Assembly (NCBI GenBank): GCA_031553675.1
Contig: JAVBLF010000023.1
Location: 1,437 to 65,436 of the forward strand
From: Eubacteriales bacterium
Lineage (GTDB): Bacteria > Bacillota > Clostridia > Christensenellales > CALWSW01
Reading direction: 5' to 3'
Length of the DNA stretch: 64,000 nt
Shown: positions 59,399-64,000 of the stretch, one piece after another
How positions within the stretch are numbered: position 1 is the first letter of the stretch
How the letters are laid out: each line of letters begins with the position of its first letter
Position numbers and translations under genes: made by a program
The notes under the pieces: model-generated
Databases searched by the model: none
Told to the model about the DNA's origin: nothing
The model's input: only the letters and a program-made list of their open reading frames with translations

Positions 59399-60673
59399 TT
59401 ATTTGCTCGTTTGCAGGGTGGACGCAAATGCGTCGGCAAAGCCGTCCAGCGGCGCCTGACTTTCGCTGCCGTCCTGCATGTTGCGGAGTTTGCAAGCGCC
59501 TGCCGCCAGTTCCTGCTCGCCGATGACGGCGACGTAAGGCACGCTGAGCTTGTCGGCGTACTTGAACTGCGCTTTCATGCTCCGGCCGACGCTGTCCATG
59601 GCCGCGGGGATGCCGCGCTTTCGAAGATCGGACGCGATCGTCCAGCAGGCGCGTTTGGCGTCGTCGCCGTAATGCGCGAGGTAAATCGCAGCGTCCGGTT
59701 CGCGCGGGATCGCGATGCCCTGGCTTTCCATGACGAGGAGCAGGCGTTCCATGCCCATGCCGAAACCGACGCCCGGCGTGGAAGGGCCGCCGATCTCTTC
59801 GACGAGGTGGTCGTAGCGCCCGCCGCCGCAGACCGTGCCCTGTGAACCGATCTGATTCGAGATGATCTCAAAGACCATGCGCGTGTAGTAGTCGAGGCCG
59901 CGCACGAGGCGCTGATCGACGACGAAGTCGATGCCTGCCGCCGTCAGGTAGCTTTGCAGCGACGCAAAGTGGTGTTTGCAGTCGTCACAGACGTAGTCCG
60001 CGATCTGCGGCGCCGCCTCGATCTGGGTGCGGCAGATCGCATTTTTGCAGTCGAGGATGCGCAGCGGGTTTTTCTCGAGGCGCGATTTGCAGTCCTCACA
60101 CATGCCGTCGATCCGCGCGGCAAAATGATCCCGCAGCGCCTGGTTGTACGTGGGGCGGCATGTCGGGCAGCCGATGTTGTTGATGTGGAGGGTCAGATCC
60201 GATACACCCAGCTCGTCGAACACGCGCAGACCCAGCGCGATCACCTCGGCGTCCGCGATGGGTTCGCTCGAACCGAAGAGCTCGATGCCGAACTGGTGGT
60301 GCTCGCGGAGCCGTCCGGCCTGGGGCTGTTCGTAGCGGAAGACCGGACAGTTGAGGTAATACATGCGGGTGGGCTGTGGCGCGGCAAAGCAGCTGTGCTC
60401 GACGAACTGCCGCACGACGCCCGCTGTGCCCTCGGGTTTGAGCGTGACCGAATCGTCGCCCTTTGTCGTGAAGGTGTACATCTCTTTTTGCACGATGTCG
60501 GTCGTTTCGCCGACGCTGCGCAAAAAGAGATCGGTCTGTTCCAGCACGGGCGTGCGCACCTCATGGAAGCCGAACGCGCGCGTCACGCGGCGCATGGCAT
60601 CCTCGATGTAGTGCCATTTGTAGCTCTCCTGGGCTTCGACGTCCTTAAAGCCCTTCAAGGCCTTTACTTTCAT
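59399..60673 (-). CDS. hisS: Histidine--tRNA ligase
   Basis: MKVKALKGFKDVEAQESYKW ... RTPVLEQTDLF ... RYEQPQAGRLREHHQFGIE ... GGGRYD. AGGAGG RBS. Start at an internal Met of ORF 59399..60922. Confidence 0.93.
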   Translation of the reverse strand: MKVKALKGFKDVEAQESYKWHYIEDAMRRVTRAFGFHEVRTPVLEQTDLFLRSVGETTDIVQKEMYTFTTKGDDSVTLKPEGTAGVVRQFVEHSCFAAPQPTRMYYLNCPVFRYEQPQAGRLREHHQFGIELFGSSEPIADAEVIALGLRVFDELGVSDLTLHINNIGCPTCRPTYNQALRDHFAARIDGMCEDCKSRLEKNPLRILDCKNAICRTQIEAAPQIADYVCDDCKHHFASLQSYLTAAGIDFVVDQRLVRGLDYYTRMVFEIISNQIGSQGTVCGGGRYDHLVEEIGGPSTPGVGFGMGMERLLLVMESQGIAIPREPDAAIYLAHYGDDAKRACWTIASDLRKRGIPAAMDSVGRSMKAQFKYADKLSVPYVAVIGEQELAAGACKLRNMQDGSESQAPLDGFADAFASTLQTSK

Positions 60674-60732
60674 GCTTTCCTCCTGACGAAAACGAGCCGG
60701 GCAATCGTCTGCCCGGCCCATCCGTTCGCTTA

Positions 60733-61065
60733 TTATCGCTTGTCGGCCACATTGGCGGCGATGTCGCCGATGACGGGAAGCCGGAATTCTTCGCCGCGGT
60801 AGGCCCGAACCATGCACATGATCCAGATCGCGGCAAAACCCAAGCTGAGTGCAAGGCCGAAGAGCCAGCCGATGAAAGGAATGTGAGCCAAAATGGCGCT
60901 GAGGATCCAGTAGATCACCCACAGTGCCACACCGGCAATCACCCCTTGAATCGCGTGGAAGCGCACGAATCGATCCGCATCCTTTTCGACGAGATAGACG
61001 ATCAAGCTCGAGAGGGGAAACACGGCATAGCAGAGCAGCCCTTTGACTTTGGTATCGTCGTTCAT
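60733..61065 (-). CDS. DUF4870-like small membrane protein
   Basis: Three TM segments with a FHAIQG motif. The start is ambiguous (61065 or 61092). Followed by the hairpin GCCGGGCAGACGATTGCCCGGC. Confidence 0.6.
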   Translation of the reverse strand: MNDDTKVKGLLCYAVFPLSSLIVYLVEKDADRFVRFHAIQGVIAGVALWVIYWILSAILAHIPFIGWLFGLALSLGFAAIWIMCMVRAYRGEEFRLPVIGDIAANVADKR

Positions 61066-61149
61066 GACGTTCTTCCTTTCTCCTGCCGACATGGTTTCCT
61101 TGTCGGTTTCATGATAGCACGGTTCATTCACGCTGTAAAGCGCGGCGGA

Positions 61150-62367
61150 TCAGCGTTTGGCGCCCTTGCTGCCCCAGTTGGCTTTTTGCAGCACTTCGGA
61201 ATCGTAAGCGTAAAGGTTGCGGTTCTTTTCCTTGTGGACGCGCACGGCGTTGTCGACCAGCTCGTCGATCAGCTGGGAATAGCTCAGGCCGAGCGGCTCC
61301 CAGAGGTAAAACGCGAACGAACCGGGAATGGTGTTGATCTCGTTGACGTAGAGGGTTTCGGTCGCCTTGTCGTAGATGTAGTCGATGCGCACGACGCCTT
61401 TGCAGTCGAAGAGCTTGAAGATCTCGACCGAGAGATCCTGGATCCTTTCGGTCAGCTCGTCTTCGATCGGCGCGGGCACGATGCGGCTCATCGACTTCAT
61501 GCCGGACATCTCGCTGCCCTTGCCGCCGCGCAGGTACTTGTCTTCAAAGCTTAAAAAGTTCTTCCACGCGATCGGCTGCTCGCAGACGGACGGCCGCACG
61601 TCGCAGCCGCTGCCCAGCACGGAACAGTTGAATTCGGCGATCTCCTCGACACCGGCGTCCGCCAGGATGCGCCGATCGTAGCGCACGGCCACTTCGATCG
61701 TCTCATAAAGCCGATCGCGGTCGGTCGCCTTGCCGATGCCGATGCTCGAACCGAGGTTGGCCGGCTTGATGAAGATCGGATAGTCCAGTTTGGCTTCAAT
61801 GTCGGCGACCACGCGTTCGGGATCTTCTTCCCACTGGTCGCGCCAGAACCAAACGCTGTCGAGCACTGGGAAGCCCGCGCCCCGAAACGCCGCCTTCATC
61901 AGCACTTTGTCCATGCCCGCGCAGGATCCCAACACGCCCGATTCGGCGTAGGGCAGGTCGGCCAGCTCAAAGAGTCCTTGCAGGGTGCCGTCCTCGCCGT
62001 TGAGCCCGTGCATCGCCGGGATCGCGACGTCGAAGGGGAACTTTTGGTTGGCAGACTTTCCGCCCAGCAACCCCTTCAATCCAGAGCCCTTCGACTCAGC
62101 CGGGACGAGTTCCGGTCCGGACGTCAGGTTGGGCACGGGCGGCAGCGTGACAGCCGTCACTTCGCTCGATTCGGGATCGAAGTTCCGGACAAAGGTGACG
62201 TCGCGCAGTTTGTCGCCGGTGTACCAGCGGCCATTCCGCGCGATGTAGACCGGCAGGATATCGTACTTTTTCGGGTCGGCATTTTCGATCAGTTGGGTGC
62301 CGGTCACGATCGAGATGTCGTGCTCGACGGTGCGCCCGCCAAAGAAGACGGCCAGCGTTCGCTTCAT
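61150..62367 (-). CDS. ddl: D-alanine--D-alanine ligase (long form)
   Basis: LAVFFGGRTVEHDISIVTG, HGLNGEDGTLQGLFELADLPY, an ATP-grasp body and EINTIPG. Confidence 0.9.
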   Translation of the reverse strand: MKRTLAVFFGGRTVEHDISIVTGTQLIENADPKKYDILPVYIARNGRWYTGDKLRDVTFVRNFDPESSEVTAVTLPPVPNLTSGPELVPAESKGSGLKGLLGGKSANQKFPFDVAIPAMHGLNGEDGTLQGLFELADLPYAESGVLGSCAGMDKVLMKAAFRGAGFPVLDSVWFWRDQWEEDPERVVADIEAKLDYPIFIKPANLGSSIGIGKATDRDRLYETIEVAVRYDRRILADAGVEEIAEFNCSVLGSGCDVRPSVCEQPIAWKNFLSFEDKYLRGGKGSEMSGMKSMSRIVPAPIEDELTERIQDLSVEIFKLFDCKGVVRIDYIYDKATETLYVNEINTIPGSFAFYLWEPLGLSYSQLIDELVDNAVRVHKEKNRNLYAYDSEVLQKANWGSKGAKR

Positions 62368-62391
62368 CGGGTTCCCTCCTTTACCGCGTTC

Positions 62392-64000
62392 CTATTCCGA
62401 GTAATTGTCCGGCAGGTCGTTTTCAAACAGGACGACGTCGCCGTTGACCGCGAGGTGACTGAGGACGACGGTCGCTTCGTCCAGCGAAGAAACGACGAAG
62501 ATATTTTCTTTCGGAAATTCACGTTTTTCCATGCCGCGCACGATCGGCACGCTGCGCTTTTTGCCGACGAGGATCGCGAAATCGGCGCTCATGGCGATCT
62601 GCTCGCCAAAGGCTTCGTTTTGCGCTTCTTCTTCGGCGCCCAGCTCGATCATGCCCGGCGTGACGACGATGCGCCGCCCGTCGAAGGCGCGGAGCACCTC
62701 CATCGCGGCCTTGGCGCCATCGGGGTTGGCGTTGAAGGCGTCGTCGATCACCGTCACGGCGCCGGGGATGAGCTGCAAGCGGTGTTCCACCGGCTCCAGA
62801 CGACGGATCCCCACCGCGATTTGCTCCATGGACAGCCCCATGTAGCGCGCGACGGCGGCGCCGCCCGTGACGTTCAGTATGTTGTGTTCGCCCAGAAGAC
62901 GTGTTTTACAGGCGATCGAAGCGCCGTCTTCGCAGATCAGCGTGAAACGGCTGCCCTGGGACGACACCGAGATGTCGACGGCGCGCATGTAAACCTGTTC
63001 GCGCGCGTGCAAGCCGTAGAGCAAGCGATCCCGAACGGCGACGTTGCGCTTGGAGAGCTGGACGCATGCCTCGTTGTCGCCATTGAAGAAGGCCGCGCCG
63101 TCCGCCGGAAGGTTGGCGATCAGCTCGAACTTCGTGTTTGCGATGTTCTCCAGCGATCCAAACGTCTCGAGGTGTTGCTTGCCGATCGAGCTCAACAGCC
63201 CGATCGTCGGCGCGACGAGGTCGCACAGTTCGTCGATGTCGCCGACGTAGCGCGCGCCCATCTCCGCGACGAAGACCTCGTGGCTGGGGCGGAGCATTTC
63301 GCGGGCGACGCGCGTGATGCCCATGGGCGTGTTGTAGCTGTGCGGCGTGATCAATACGTCGAATTTTTCGCTGAGGATGCTGCCGAGCACGAACTTGCTG
63401 CTCGTCTTGCCGTAGCTTCCCGTGATGCCGATCTTGATCAGATCGTCGCGTTCCGCCAGAATGCGCTTGGCCTGGTTGAAATAGCGGCGCTTGATGCCCT
63501 CTTCGATCGGCACGCAGAGAAAGTGCGCGATCGCGACGAGAAGCGGCAGGAAGAGCGCCGGTACGTAGACCGCCACGCGCGCCACAAGATAAGCCGTGTA
63601 TTGGCGTCCGACGTTGGCCCGCAGCAAGAGGGGATAAAGGTTGACGAGCAGGATCACAAAGGCGATCGCGACGATCAGCCGTTTGACCCTGCCGGTGAAG
63701 ACGAGGGGCTTTTTCGCTGGAACGCGCCGCCAGATGAAACCGACATAGGCGACGAGCACGGCGTAGATGCCGCGGACGGCACACTGCGCGACGAGAAAGA
63801 CCGCGTACTTGTTGACGAGCATCGACGCGGCGGCGTCGCTGAACAGACAGATGAAAAAGACGAGCACCAGCGGAAGCCAATCGCGCAGCGCGTGCTTTTT
63901 CAGCCAGCGCATGTACATGTTGGCCTGGTAGCTCTCGAGCTGGAGCATATGGACGAAGCGCAGCGACGCGTAGAGGCCGGCCGCGCCGCAGAGGATCTTG
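62392..64000 (-). CDS. murF: MurF-like Mur ligase fused to a polytopic N-terminal membrane region (N-terminus probably beyond the window edge)
   Basis: The ligase part has GITGSYGKTSSK, EMGARYVGDIDEL, LLGEHNILNV, VIDDAFNANP and PGMIELG. The first ~150 aa are TM-helix-like. The reading frame stays open (KILCGAAGLYASLRFVH) to position 64000. Confidence 0.7.
   Translation of the reverse strand, partial: KILCGAAGLYASLRFVHMLQLESYQANMYMRWLKKHALRDWLPLVLVFFICLFSDAAASMLVNKYAVFLVAQCAVRGIYAVLVAYVGFIWRRVPAKKPLVFTGRVKRLIVAIAFVILLVNLYPLLLRANVGRQYTAYLVARVAVYVPALFLPLLVAIAHFLCVPIEEGIKRRYFNQAKRILAERDDLIKIGITGSYGKTSSKFVLGSILSEKFDVLITPHSYNTPMGITRVAREMLRPSHEVFVAEMGARYVGDIDELCDLVAPTIGLLSSIGKQHLETFGSLENIANTKFELIANLPADGAAFFNGDNEACVQLSKRNVAVRDRLLYGLHAREQVYMRAVDISVSSQGSRFTLICEDGASIACKTRLLGEHNILNVTGGAAVARYMGLSMEQIAVGIRRLEPVEHRLQLIPGAVTVIDDAFNANPDGAKAAMEVLRAFDGRRIVVTPGMIELGAEEEAQNEAFGEQIAMSADFAILVGKKRSVPIVRGMEKREFPKENIFVVSSLDEATVVLSHLAVNGDVVLFENDLPDNYSE

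Noticed and set aside
60674-60732. Expected T-box leader upstream of hisS-aspS
   Set aside because: The spacer is only about 59 nt and is occupied by the terminator hairpin of the upstream DUF4870 gene. There is no specifier loop or T-box sequence.

Overview
GC-rich chromosomal segment with a Firmicutes/Clostridia-type gene set: AbrB, LexA with Cheo-type boxes, a YlbF/YmcA-family gene next to miaB, YdjI/G/H-like genes, and an 8-tRNA array. It is densely coding. No rRNA, CRISPR array, transposase, integrase or phage genes were seen.

Left to right:
- 1-2992 (-): an Rbs-type sugar ABC transporter.
- 3319-5512: three tandem paralogous secreted proteins of unknown function.
- 5682-8849: DUF362-like protein, DeoR regulator, DUF218/YdcF protein.
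- 8982-22997: an arabinose/furanose locus. It has a YtfQ-like sensor binding protein, a YesM-type histidine kinase, a YesN-type AraC response regulator, a ytfQRT-yjfF-like ABC transporter, araBAD and a GntR regulator.
- 23118-23918 (-): 8-tRNA operon.
- 24182-33295: miaB, ymcA-like, mutS, mutL, miaA, ynbB-like.
- 33622-35864 (-): lexA, rsmI, abrB.
- 36359-42021: an SPFH/zinc-ribbon/TPM module (YdjI-YdjG-YdjH-like, no pspA) and a large repeat-domain surface protein.
- 42183-43724: a histidine-ammonia-lyase homologue that lacks the Ala-Ser-Gly MIO triad.
- 43857-49770 (-): a Liv-type ABC operon headed by a guanidino-group-modifying (amidinotransferase/deiminase superfamily) enzyme.
- 50199-55645: a LacI-linked sugar cluster of unknown substrate (AllA-like cupin, two PfkB proteins, BtpA/SgcQ, xylose-isomerase-like TIM barrel).
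- 55719-64000 (-): a secreted protein, then trxA, aspS, hisS, DUF4870, ddl and a MurF-like ligase with a membrane N-terminus.

Most unusual signals:
1. A dispersed intergenic repeat family. A 29-nt module occurs five times (four identical, one with one mismatch), twice as a larger composite element in opposite orientations.
2. A stable hairpin array between the transporter binding-protein gene and its ATPase gene.
3. The MIO-less HAL homologue, next to the deiminase-like/Liv operon.
4. The pspA-less YdjIGH-like module, with a triple zinc-ribbon tail and a polypurine spacer.

All calls rest on reading the sequence and the supplied translations. No database search was run.
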